Assembly: GCA_035548315.1 (NCBI GenBank)
Contig: DASZTF010000044.1
Coordinates: 95,484 to 159,483, forward strand
Reading direction: 5' to 3'
From: Minisyncoccota bacterium
GTDB lineage: Bacteria > Patescibacteriota > Minisyncoccia > Phycocordibacterales > Phycocordibacteraceae
Length of the DNA: 64,000 bases
Part shown: piece after piece, positions 56,420 through 64,000 of the stretch
Layout of the letters: each line of letters begins with the position of its first letter
How positions within the stretch are numbered: position 1 is the stretch's first letter
The notes under the pieces: generated by a model
What the model was told of the DNA's origin: nothing
The model's database searches: none
The model's input: the letters and a program-made list of their open reading frames with translations, nothing else
Program-made: the position numbers and the translations under genes

Positions 56420-57598
56420 ATGAAGATAGTCTTTACCGGTGGGGGCACGGGCGGGCACTTTTACCCCTTGATCGCCATTGCAGAAGCGGTACGCGAGCTT
56501 GTGGCTGAGCGACACCTCGTGCCGCCCAAACTCTACTTCTTTGCGCCGGAGCCGTACGATGAGGAGTCGCTTTTTGCGAATGATATCGCGTATGTAAAGA
56601 TTCCTTCGGGCAAGATCCGCCGCTACTTCTCGCTGCAGAACGTCACCGATGCGTTCAAGATACTGTGGGGTATCGGCGTCTCCATCGGGAATCTGTTCTC
56701 TGTGTATCCAGACGTCGTGATCTCGAAGGGCGGGTTCGGGAGCGTGCCGGTAGTGATCGCGGCAAAGCTGCTCGATATCCCCGTGATCATCCACGAGTCT
56801 GATTCAAAACCGGGACGTGCGAATCTGCTTGCCGCGCACTTTGCCGACCGCATCGGTATCGCGTTTGAAAGTTCGGCGAAATATTTCCCGAAAAGCGCGC
56901 AAGGAAAGCTCGCGCTCGTCGGCATACCGATCCGCCGCGAAGTCGCCGCAGCAGAATCAGAGGGTGCCCGTCAGGAGCTCGGACTCGAGCCATCGCTTCC
57001 GACGGTGTTCATATTTGGCGGCTCTACAGGCTCAGCGCGCATTAACGAGACCGTGCTCGGTGCGCTCCCGGATCTCGTGGCGATGACCAATGTCATCCAC
57101 CAGACAGGTAAGGCGGCGTACGCCGATGTCGACGCGACCGCGAAAGCAGAGCTGCGCAATGACCCCAATGCGTCGCACTACCATCCCTTTGCGTATCTCA
57201 ATGCGCAGTCCATCCGCCGCGCCGCAGGCGCGGCGGATGTGATCGTCGCGCGCGCAGGATCGACGTCTATTGCTGAAATATCGCTGTGGAAGAAGCCGGC
57301 GATCCTCATTCCCATTCCTGAGTCGGTGAGTCACGACCAGCGCACCAATGCCTATACCTATGCGCACACCGGTGCCGCAATCGTGCTCGAGGAGAGCAAC
57401 CTCACCCCGCACCTGCTCGCCTCTGAAATCCGCCGCATCGTCACCGACAAGCCGCTCGCCACGCAGATGGCGGAAAAGGGCGCGACATTTATGCCCGGCG
57501 ACGCAGCGAAGCTTATCGCGGAGGAAGCGCTGCGCATCGGACTCTCCCATGAGCCGGTGCAGGTCCAGGAAGTCGTGACCCCGAACCCTCTCGTATGA
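56420..57598 (+). CDS. murG: UDP-GlcNAc--MurNAc-pentapeptide-undecaprenol GlcNAc transferase
   Basis: KIVFTGGGTGGHFYP and C-terminal GT-B motifs. Confidence 0.85.
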   Translation: MKIVFTGGGTGGHFYPLIAIAEAVRELVAERHLVPPKLYFFAPEPYDEESLFANDIAYVKIPSGKIRRYFSLQNVTDAFKILWGIGVSIGNLFSVYPDVVISKGGFGSVPVVIAAKLLDIPVIIHESDSKPGRANLLAAHFADRIGIAFESSAKYFPKSAQGKLALVGIPIRREVAAAESEGARQELGLEPSLPTVFIFGGSTGSARINETVLGALPDLVAMTNVIHQTGKAAYADVDATAKAELRNDPNASHYHPFAYLNAQSIRRAAGAADVIVARAGSTSIAEISLWKKPAILIPIPESVSHDQRTNAYTYAHTGAAIVLEESNLTPHLLASEIRRIVTDKPLATQMAEKGATFMPGDAAKLIAEEALRIGLSHEPVQVQEVVTPNPLV

Positions 57599-59004
57599 CC
57601 GTCCGTACTCGCTTTGCGCCCTCTCCCACGGGCTTCATGCACGTAGGCAATGTACGCAGCGCAATCTTTGCGTGGCTGTTTGCACGTAAGCACGGCGGTC
57701 AATTTATCCTGCGCATCGAGGACACCGACAAGAATAGGGAAGTAGAAGGATCGATCGGACACATTATGGAGTCGCTTAAATGGCTCAGTCTCGATTGGGA
57801 TGAGGGGCCGGACATCGGCGGTCCTCATGAGCCGTACATTCAGTCGTCGCGACTCGAGCTCTACACTAAGTATGCGCAGCAGCTTATTGAAAAAGGATTT
57901 GCGTATCCCGATTCGCGCACACCTGAAGAACTCGACGCGCTCCGCAAGCAAGCAGAAGATGAAAGGCGGCCATTCCTTGCGCGCGAACATCGCCCAGAAA
58001 ATGCTGGTGAATGGGACGGTAGTCAGTCACTGCGCTTTCGCGTGCCGGTGATCAAGCGCTACGAATGGCACGACCTCGTGCGCGGTGATCTTTCTGCGGG
58101 AGAAGAAGCGCTCGATGATTTCATACTTATTAAGAGTGATGGATATCCGACGTACAACTTCGCGCACATCGTCGACGATATCGAGATGGGTATTACGCAC
58201 GTCATGCGTGGCGAGGAATATGTTTCTTCAACACCCAAATACCTTGCGCTCTACGAAGCGCTCGGCGTGCAGCCGCCGGTGCTCGCGCATTTGCCGCATA
58301 TTCTTGGCGAAGCCGGTACTAAAAAGCTCGGGAAGCGTGATGGTGCGAAAGATGTGCTGGAGTATCGCACCGAGGGCTACCTTCCAGATGCGATGGTCAA
58401 CTTCCTCGCGCTCCTTGGTTGGCACCCAGAGAGCGGTGATGAGGTACTCGACCGCGAGGCGCTCATCGCGGCGTTTGATATTGAAAAGGTACAGAAGAGC
58501 GGCGCGCGGTTCGATGATGCGAAGCTCCTCCATATCAATCAAGAATGGATGCGCAAACTATCCGATGCTGACTATGTGACTCAGCTTGGTCAAGAAGTAT
58601 CGCCTGCTATCGTGGCAGTACTCAAGGAGCGCGCGCAGACCTTTGGTGAGGCGCGCGAACTCCTTGCGGGTGAACTCGCATACCTCTTTGCAGCACCCAC
58701 GCTCGATCGAGCAATATTAGTATCAAAGGAACCAAGTCCGGGGCGAACTAAGATTTATCTTGAGGGGTTAATCGGTATCGTAGAACGTCTAGATGGCACA
58801 GAGCATTCTGCGGAGCAGGTTCGTGACACAATTATGCCCTATGCCAATGCAAATGAAGAGGGAAGAGGGCCTGTTCTCCACCCCCTTCGCTACGCACTTT
58901 GCGGAGCTGAGCGTTCACCTGATCCCTTCACACTTATCGCCATTTTAGGGCGGGAGGAATCGCTATCGCGCCTTAAAACGGCGCTTGGTATACTAGGCGG
59001 ATGA
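57595..59004 (+). CDS. gltX: glutamyl-tRNA synthetase
   Basis: RFAPSPTGFMHVGNVRSA (HIGH) and KLGKRDG (KMSKS variant). Confidence 0.9.
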   Translation: MTVRTRFAPSPTGFMHVGNVRSAIFAWLFARKHGGQFILRIEDTDKNREVEGSIGHIMESLKWLSLDWDEGPDIGGPHEPYIQSSRLELYTKYAQQLIEKGFAYPDSRTPEELDALRKQAEDERRPFLAREHRPENAGEWDGSQSLRFRVPVIKRYEWHDLVRGDLSAGEEALDDFILIKSDGYPTYNFAHIVDDIEMGITHVMRGEEYVSSTPKYLALYEALGVQPPVLAHLPHILGEAGTKKLGKRDGAKDVLEYRTEGYLPDAMVNFLALLGWHPESGDEVLDREALIAAFDIEKVQKSGARFDDAKLLHINQEWMRKLSDADYVTQLGQEVSPAIVAVLKERAQTFGEARELLAGELAYLFAAPTLDRAILVSKEPSPGRTKIYLEGLIGIVERLDGTEHSAEQVRDTIMPYANANEEGRGPVLHPLRYALCGAERSPDPFTLIAILGREESLSRLKTALGILGG

Positions 59005-60359
59005 TATTGGTTCGCCGCTCATTTACGATACTTTTTCTCCTCCTCGTTGTACTTCTTGCGCACCCGTCAGCGCTCCTTGCCGATACCGTATCCGACATCC
59101 AGTCGCAGATTAACGATATCAATAGCCAAAAGGCCGAACTCGACGCGCAAATCGCGCAGTATCAAAAGCAGCTCGATTCACTCGGCGTTCAGCACCAGAC
59201 CCTCCAGACCTCTATTTCCTCACTCAACACTTCCCAGTCGCAGCTCCTCGCTAAGATAAAAAGTACGCAAAAGTCGATCGACGCAGCAAATTTGAAACTC
59301 AAGCAGCTCAGCTCACTCATCGGCAGCACGCAGGATTCGATCGATATGGAGCGCCAAGCGGTCGCTGCGTCGCTGCGCGATATCGCAAGCGCAGATGATG
59401 TCCCGCTCGTTGCGACGCTGTTCTCATCCGATTCGCTCGCCACCGCGTGGGCAGCCGTCGATGCGGATAACCAGCTCGCCGCCACGCTCCAGGGGCACAC
59501 GCACAGTCTCGCGCAGGCGAAGGATGCGCTCTCTGAGGAACAGACCAGTGTTTCAGCACAGCACGACCAGCTCGCGAGTCTCGGCAGCGACCTCACGTCT
59601 CAGAACAAACAGCTCACGGCGACCAAGCAGGCCAAGCAGTCGCTGCTCACGCAGACCCAGAGCCAGGAGTCGCAGTACCAGTCGCTGATCGCGCAGAAGA
59701 AGGCGCAGGAGGCGCAGTTTGAAAAAACCCTCGCCGACCTCCAGGCCCAGCTCGCGCCGGTGTCTGCCGGATCGATCCCGCAAGCAGGGAGCGGCATCCT
59801 CAAGTGGCCGGCATCGCTTGCCTTCATGCAGGGCTGCCAGGGTAAATCAAGTGCGCTCGGTAATCCGTATTGTGTGACGCAGTACTTTGGCAATACGCAG
59901 TTCGCAGCGGCGCACGCTGCGGTCTATAACGGCATGGGTCACGATGGCATCGACATCGGTATGCCTATTGGCACCCCGGTCCTGGCGGCGCTCGGCGGTA
60001 CGGTGCTCGCGACCGGCAACACCGACGTGAAGTCTCCCTCCGGCCAGATGTGCTACTCATTCGGTAAGTGGGTGATGGTCCAGCACCCGAATGGTCTCTC
60101 CACGCTCTACGCGCACCTGTCATCCATCGAAGCGACGAAAGGGCAGGTGGTGACGACAGGCCAGGAGCTCGGCCTTTCCGGCATGACCGGGTATGCGACT
60201 GGCCCGCACCTCCATTTCGGCGTCTATGCGTCGTCGGGCGTGCAGATCATGGACCTTGGCAAATGGCGTGGCTCGGGCGGCACTCCGTGTACGGACGCCG
60301 GTGCTGTGCTGCCGGTCGCTCCGGACAACGCCTATCTCAATCCGATGGCGTACCTCTAG
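59001..60359 (+). CDS. M23 family metallopeptidase with long N-terminal coiled coil (EnvC/NlpD-like)
   Basis: Signal/TM segment, then a Gln-rich coiled coil. C-terminal HDGIDIG...GPHLHFGV M23 motifs (HxxxD, HxH). Leaderless (TATACT 6 nt before the ATG). Confidence 0.8.
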   Translation: MILVRRSFTILFLLLVVLLAHPSALLADTVSDIQSQINDINSQKAELDAQIAQYQKQLDSLGVQHQTLQTSISSLNTSQSQLLAKIKSTQKSIDAANLKLKQLSSLIGSTQDSIDMERQAVAASLRDIASADDVPLVATLFSSDSLATAWAAVDADNQLAATLQGHTHSLAQAKDALSEEQTSVSAQHDQLASLGSDLTSQNKQLTATKQAKQSLLTQTQSQESQYQSLIAQKKAQEAQFEKTLADLQAQLAPVSAGSIPQAGSGILKWPASLAFMQGCQGKSSALGNPYCVTQYFGNTQFAAAHAAVYNGMGHDGIDIGMPIGTPVLAALGGTVLATGNTDVKSPSGQMCYSFGKWVMVQHPNGLSTLYAHLSSIEATKGQVVTTGQELGLSGMTGYATGPHLHFGVYASSGVQIMDLGKWRGSGGTPCTDAGAVLPVAPDNAYLNPMAYL

Positions 60360-60379
60360 CGCGGTATACTAGGGAAGAC

Positions 60380-60577
60380 ATGCTGCATATCCTTTTCTAC
60401 ACGATCATCGTGATCCTGGTGCTCTCGTTCTTCGGTATTTCGCTTCAGAGTATCGTCCACTCGCCGCAGGCGCAGGCCAACTTCGACTACCTCTGGGGGC
60501 TCGTACTCCTCGGGTGGCACTATGTCCTTGGCTTCTACAATCTGTTCATCGACTGGCTCGGTCACTTTATCCATTAG
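60380..60577 (+). CDS. small membrane protein (65 aa, two TM)
   Basis: TATACT 9 nt upstream of the ATG. Hydrophobic helices. Confidence 0.4.
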   Translation: MLHILFYTIIVILVLSFFGISLQSIVHSPQAQANFDYLWGLVLLGWHYVLGFYNLFIDWLGHFIH

Positions 60578-60588
60578 TCGTATCCGCC

Positions 60589-60849
60589 ATGGAAAATAAT
60601 TTGGGGAACAACCACAACCAGATCTCCGTCACGATGCCGTCCGATGCGCGGCCGTCGTTCAGTAATGCGACCCAGGTCACGGTGTCCGACGATGCCGTCA
60701 TCATCCAGTTTGCCTACCTGCGTCCACATGCCGAGAGCGGCCAGCTCATCGGAGAGATCGTGATGTCGCCGAAGCACGCTATCGAATTCAGCAAGGCGCT
60801 CGACGCCACGATTAAGAAGCACTTCACGCGGCATTTGGAGGCGGAGTAA
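60589..60849 (+). CDS. DUF3467-like small protein
   Basis: SNATQVTVSDDAVIIQFAY...EIVMSPKHAIEFSKALDATIKKH fits the DUF3467 pattern. Confidence 0.45.
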   Translation: MENNLGNNHNQISVTMPSDARPSFSNATQVTVSDDAVIIQFAYLRPHAESGQLIGEIVMSPKHAIEFSKALDATIKKHFTRHLEAE

Positions 60850-61411
60850 TGTTGCATCAGTAAAATAATCTCGCTCAAATACGGCCCACTTTGTGGATAT
60901 CTCGGATGCCCGAGATCGAGGGCAGGGGAGGGCCCTCTCTTGGCCTTCCCGATCTCGGCTATTTACCCGCCCCAGCCTGCTCCGGGAAGGGCTTGCAAGA
61001 TGCCTACGTGCGATAGAAATACCCCATTGAAAGCATTCACAGAGCCTTACAGAGCAGAGTAGAGGCGTAGTATCCACCCGACTACAATCTGGTCCTGTAC
61101 AGAAGGCCTTCTAAGGGTTCTCTCTATAATAAGTACGCAAAAGATATATTGTGCGCACTTTATATATAAACTCCCCCACGTACGTAGAGGCCTAGAAACG
61201 GCCGGATCTGGGAATTCTTCAAATCGCTCCTCTGCCCTCCTGGCGTCGGCGCAAAACTTTTTGGCGGTTGGCATTAACTCTCTACTGCTCAGGAATCTAC
61301 GGATCTCTAAAAAGCAGATTTCAGCCACTTCCCCGGAAATCAAAAATGACCGGGGAAGTGTCCGGTCATTTTCTGGCCTTTATTAGGGAAGTGACTTCCC
61401 CGCCGCTTTTT

Positions 61412-62041
61412 CTAGCCTCCGTACTTCGCAAGTTCGATCTTCAGTTCGGAGCGGTAGTCATTAACCAGCTCATGAAGTGTGTAGGTGCTTACCTTGGATA
61501 GATCGATAGCGCGCCAGTAGCTGTAAGCTGAACGAGGTGGTCGTCCAAAGAGTGACTTGCCGTCGAGTTTTGTCGAGTTATTGAGAATATCCAGAACTGC
61601 ATCGTCTGTATAAGTGTCGAGCTGAGTATCGATTTGGTCTAGCTTAGCAAGTTCTACGCGTATCGCCGTGGCCTGCGAATCGTCTTCAGCATCCTGGCTG
61701 CCAGTTGGTTGGCTTTGAGTTACTGAACAGGAATTCGCATCCTTTTGCGCCTGCGCCAACTGACTCCTCAATGAAGTATTTTCCTTGTTCAATGAATTAA
61801 TTTCGGCCTGCAGAGATGCAATCTCAGTTTTGCTATCGGGATTGGCGTCAGCTTCTTTGGCTGTTGCGGAGTCTGAGGTGGTGCTGATAGTGCTTGCTGG
61901 TGCCGAGTCGGTTTGCTCAGCTGACATTTCATAAGCATTCTCGGAATGGAACCAAGTAAGAGGATTCCACCAAGCAGCGAAAGTAACTTGCGGGACTATA
62001 AATACTCCAAGTGCAAGAAGAGGAAGCGCGAGTTTCTTCAT
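61412..62041 (-). CDS. secreted coiled-coil hypothetical protein
   Basis: Signal peptide MKKLALPLLALGVFIVPQVTFA and a coiled coil (LQAEINSLNKENTSLRSQLAQAQKD). A hairpin terminator (CACTTCCCCGG...CCGGGGAAGTG) lies downstream. Confidence 0.55.
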   Translation of the reverse strand: MKKLALPLLALGVFIVPQVTFAAWWNPLTWFHSENAYEMSAEQTDSAPASTISTTSDSATAKEADANPDSKTEIASLQAEINSLNKENTSLRSQLAQAQKDANSCSVTQSQPTGSQDAEDDSQATAIRVELAKLDQIDTQLDTYTDDAVLDILNNSTKLDGKSLFGRPPRSAYSYWRAIDLSKVSTYTLHELVNDYRSELKIELAKYGG

Positions 62042-62291
62042 GGGTGTGAAAGTTATAGAGTGTACAGTTTCACCCTAGCATGGTCTAGAGTGCGGTCAAT
62101 CACATTCGCTTCAGAATCGAAGACGTAAAATTGCAGCGCCAAGCTGTCCTGTCCGCTTCTCTGTATATGGCTAGTGGGCTCGCTCCTTATCTTGCCATAG
62201 TAACCACGGTCCGCTTTTCTGGACCTGTATGCCTACCCTCCTTGAACTTGGAGCCACCGGCGGTGGCTTTTATCTACGCAAAAGATTCAGT

Positions 62292-62340
62292 CCTGAAAAA
62301 TAAAAAGAAATGCCCGGGCGGCTGTGAAGCGACCCGGGCA
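62292..62340 (-). terminator. rho-independent terminator after the Flp-like ORF
   Basis: On the minus strand: GCCCGGG...CCCGGGC stem followed by ATTTCTTTTTATTTTTC. Confidence 0.55.
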
Positions 62341-62363
62341 CATTCGGCGGTCTTGCGATTCAG

Positions 62364-62499
62364 TTACGGCTGGGAGTGCGTCGCGGCCGGCTGAGGGGCC
62401 GGGTCCGAAAAGCCTCCTTGGAAGGCCGTAACTGCGCCGATGATCACAACTCCGATCAGGGCGGCGATGAGACCGTATTCAATTGCTGTGGCGACACAT
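62364..62499 (-). pseudogene. Flp/Fap-type pilin reading frame without an in-frame canonical start (possible frameshift or non-canonical initiation)
   Basis: The minus-strand frame encodes ...SEGVCVATAIEYGLIAALIGVVIIGAVTAFQGG..., a near-consensus Flp core. A GAAGGAG ribosome-binding site is present, but the only ATG (62497-99) is in a different frame and is stopped after 6 codons. Confidence 0.4.
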
Positions 62500-62618
62500 A
62501 CTCCTTCTGAGTAAGAGAAATGACAATGCCGAGCAAACGCAAGTCTGCCGGCCTGGTGAATATAGAATAGGCGGTTTATTTCGTCAAGGCGTTATCAGGA
62601 GAATGAGCTGGTGACCAT

Positions 62619-62658
62619 GATATGTGTATGTTGTGTAGAAAACTGTGGATATGTGTAT
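62619..62658. promoter_or_regulatory. direct repeat GATATGTGTAT x2 in the lexA/Flp divergent promoter region
   Basis: Two 11-bp copies start 29 bp apart, within 80 bp upstream of lexA. Candidate SOS operator. Confidence 0.3.
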
Positions 62659-62694
62659 TTTCTCTGATTTCATATACATATATCTTGAATACAT

Positions 62695-63381
62695 ATGGCA
62701 CGGCACACCCTTACGCAAAACCAGCGCGATACGCTTTCGTATCTCAAGTCATACATTACTAAAAATGGGCAGGCACCGACGGTTTCTGAAATTGGCAAGG
62801 AGTTCAAGCTCGAGTCGCTCCGCAGCGTGACGCAGCGCCTTGAATCGCTCGAGAAAAAAGGCCTCATTGTGCGCGATCGCTTCAAGCGCCGGAATATTAG
62901 GGTGCTCGATGCTGCCGACTCCCCCACTTCTTCCAACCTGCTCCAGGTACCGGTGATCGCTTCCGCGGGCTGCGACGCCGTGGATGTGTATGCGCAGGAC
63001 GAGTTCGGCGAATATATCCTCGTGGATAAGAACCTCCTCAAGAAGCACACGAACATTGCCGCCGTGCGTGCCGTCGGAGACAGTATGCAGGACGCGGGCA
63101 TTAAGGACGGCGACTATGTGATCGTGGAAGTGACCGACGCCGTAGAGAATGGCGACCGCGTGGTGGCCGTGCTTGGCAATATGGCCGTCATTAAGCAGTA
63201 CAGCAAGGTTGATGAGGTCGTGTACCTCAATCCCCGGAATGAGGGCGGCGGATACCATCCCATCGTGGTCGCGCAGGAAGATTCCAAGATCTTCGGCAAG
63301 GTGCTGAGCATCATCCCGGGCACCGAGTGGGTGGAGGACGTGAAGATCGAGTACTACCCCGAATACTCTCCGAAGCATTAG
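62695..63381 (+). CDS. lexA: LexA repressor (S24 peptidase)
   Basis: N-terminal winged HTH (TVSEIGKEF). Catalytic Ser in GDSM and Lys in AVIKQY. Confidence 0.85.
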   Translation: MARHTLTQNQRDTLSYLKSYITKNGQAPTVSEIGKEFKLESLRSVTQRLESLEKKGLIVRDRFKRRNIRVLDAADSPTSSNLLQVPVIASAGCDAVDVYAQDEFGEYILVDKNLLKKHTNIAAVRAVGDSMQDAGIKDGDYVIVEVTDAVENGDRVVAVLGNMAVIKQYSKVDEVVYLNPRNEGGGYHPIVVAQEDSKIFGKVLSIIPGTEWVEDVKIEYYPEYSPKH

Positions 63382-63390
63382 GCCGCGAGG

Positions 63391-63993
63391 CTAGCAGTGC
63401 ACGTTCTTGATGATGTACTCGTAGGCTTCGTCGACGGAGTCTACGAGGTGGAAGATCTCGAGATCCTCAGGATCAATTGCCTGGTGTTCGGCGAGGAGCT
63501 TGGTCTTGAAGAATTCGATAAGAGGCGTCCAGTATTCCCGGCCGTAGCAAACGATCGGCACGGATTTAATTTTCTTGGTCTGAATAAGCGTCACAATTTC
63601 AAAGAATTCGTCGAGGGTGCCGAAGCCGCCCGGGAAATAGATATAGACCTCGGACGCAAAGGTGAGCATCACCTTCCGGACGAAGAAGTGGTCAAAAATC
63701 ATGTAGTCCGTGAGGTACTGGTTTGCGCCCTGGTTCGCCTCGAGCCGGATGTTGAGGCCCACGGATGATCCGCCGGCCTCATAGGCGCCCTTATTGGCCG
63801 CCTGCATGATGCCCGCTGCGGCGCCCGTGATGATGGCGAAGCCAAACTTCGCGAGACGTCCCGCGAGTTCGGTCGCCTCGTCGTAGAAGTGGCTCTCGAA
63901 GGTGGGGCGCGCAGTGCCGAAGAACGTCGCCGCAAGGCCGTAGCGGCCGAGGAGCTCGAATCCTTCCACGAACTCCGACATGATCTTGAACAC
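63391..63993 (-). CDS. LOG family protein (TIGR00730; cytokinin riboside 5'-monophosphate phosphoribohydrolase-like)
   Basis: PGGFGTLDEFFE and GYE... LOG motifs. The start lies 7 nt from the window edge, so the N-terminus may be slightly longer. Confidence 0.7.
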   Translation of the reverse strand: MFKIMSEFVEGFELLGRYGLAATFFGTARPTFESHFYDEATELAGRLAKFGFAIITGAAAGIMQAANKGAYEAGGSSVGLNIRLEANQGANQYLTDYMIFDHFFVRKVMLTFASEVYIYFPGGFGTLDEFFEIVTLIQTKKIKSVPIVCYGREYWTPLIEFFKTKLLAEHQAIDPEDLEIFHLVDSVDEAYEYIIKNVHC

Positions 63994-64000
63994 GCGCCAG

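Noticed and set aside
60850-61411. RNase P RNA, tmRNA or SRP RNA in the long intergenic gap.
   Set aside because: The region was compared by eye with the conserved P4/CR motifs (GGAAAGUCCGG ... ACAGAANCCGGCUUA), the tmRNA 3' tRNA-like end and the SRP GGAAGCAGCC core. Only loose resemblances appeared, and in the wrong order. It is kept only as an unclassified structured region.

Overview
This is a high-GC (roughly 60% by eye), gene-dense bacterial chromosome segment with short intergenic spacers, overlapping start/stop codons, and many perfect-hairpin intrinsic terminators shared by convergent genes. Most genes sit 5-9 nt downstream of a TAnnnT (-10) box with no Shine-Dalgarno, so they look leaderless. 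Content is housekeeping plus cell envelope. There is a cell-division/cell-wall cluster (mraZ-rsmH-ftsL-ftsI-murF ... murG-gltX-M23 peptidase) with four type IV pilin-like genes inserted between murF and murG. There are two mreB paralogs, one of them in an mreBCD-mrdA operon, plus murA, rseP, frr, holB-like, proS, lysS, greA, def-fmt, hpf, uppP, lexA, a LOG-family gene and tRNA-Asn(GTT). Accessory content includes a tight minus-strand operon for beta-mannoside phosphorolysis (three GH130 modules, a eukaryotic-type phosphomannomutase and a cupin mannose-6-phosphate isomerase), a resistance-nodulation-division (RND) efflux pump with its membrane-fusion subunit, an ABC-2 exporter, and two-component regulators whose promoters share ATGAAG palindromes. 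Further accessory genes are a DipZ-like CcdA-thioredoxin fusion, a methionine/histidine-rich repeat protein and a transglutaminase-like protein. The most unusual locus is a visibly AT-richer four-gene island (3.34-6.02 kb), headed by a perfect 15-bp inverted-repeat operator and a leaderless promoter. It encodes an AbrB-like controller, an EcoRI-family N6-adenine methyltransferase, a DUF262(DGQQR)-HNH nuclease and a nucleoside-2-deoxyribosyltransferase-like protein, followed directly by an EVE-domain gene; it reads as a candidate novel modification/restriction-type defence module. Other oddities are an Flp-type pilin reading frame that has a strong ribosome-binding site and terminator but no in-frame start codon, a 560-bp structured non-coding gap, and a 38-nt palindromic element repeated on both sides of one gene. 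Taxonomic guess, by inference only: a small-genome, CPR/Patescibacteria-like or other high-GC monoderm-like lineage. No rRNA, CRISPR array, transposase or integrase was seen.
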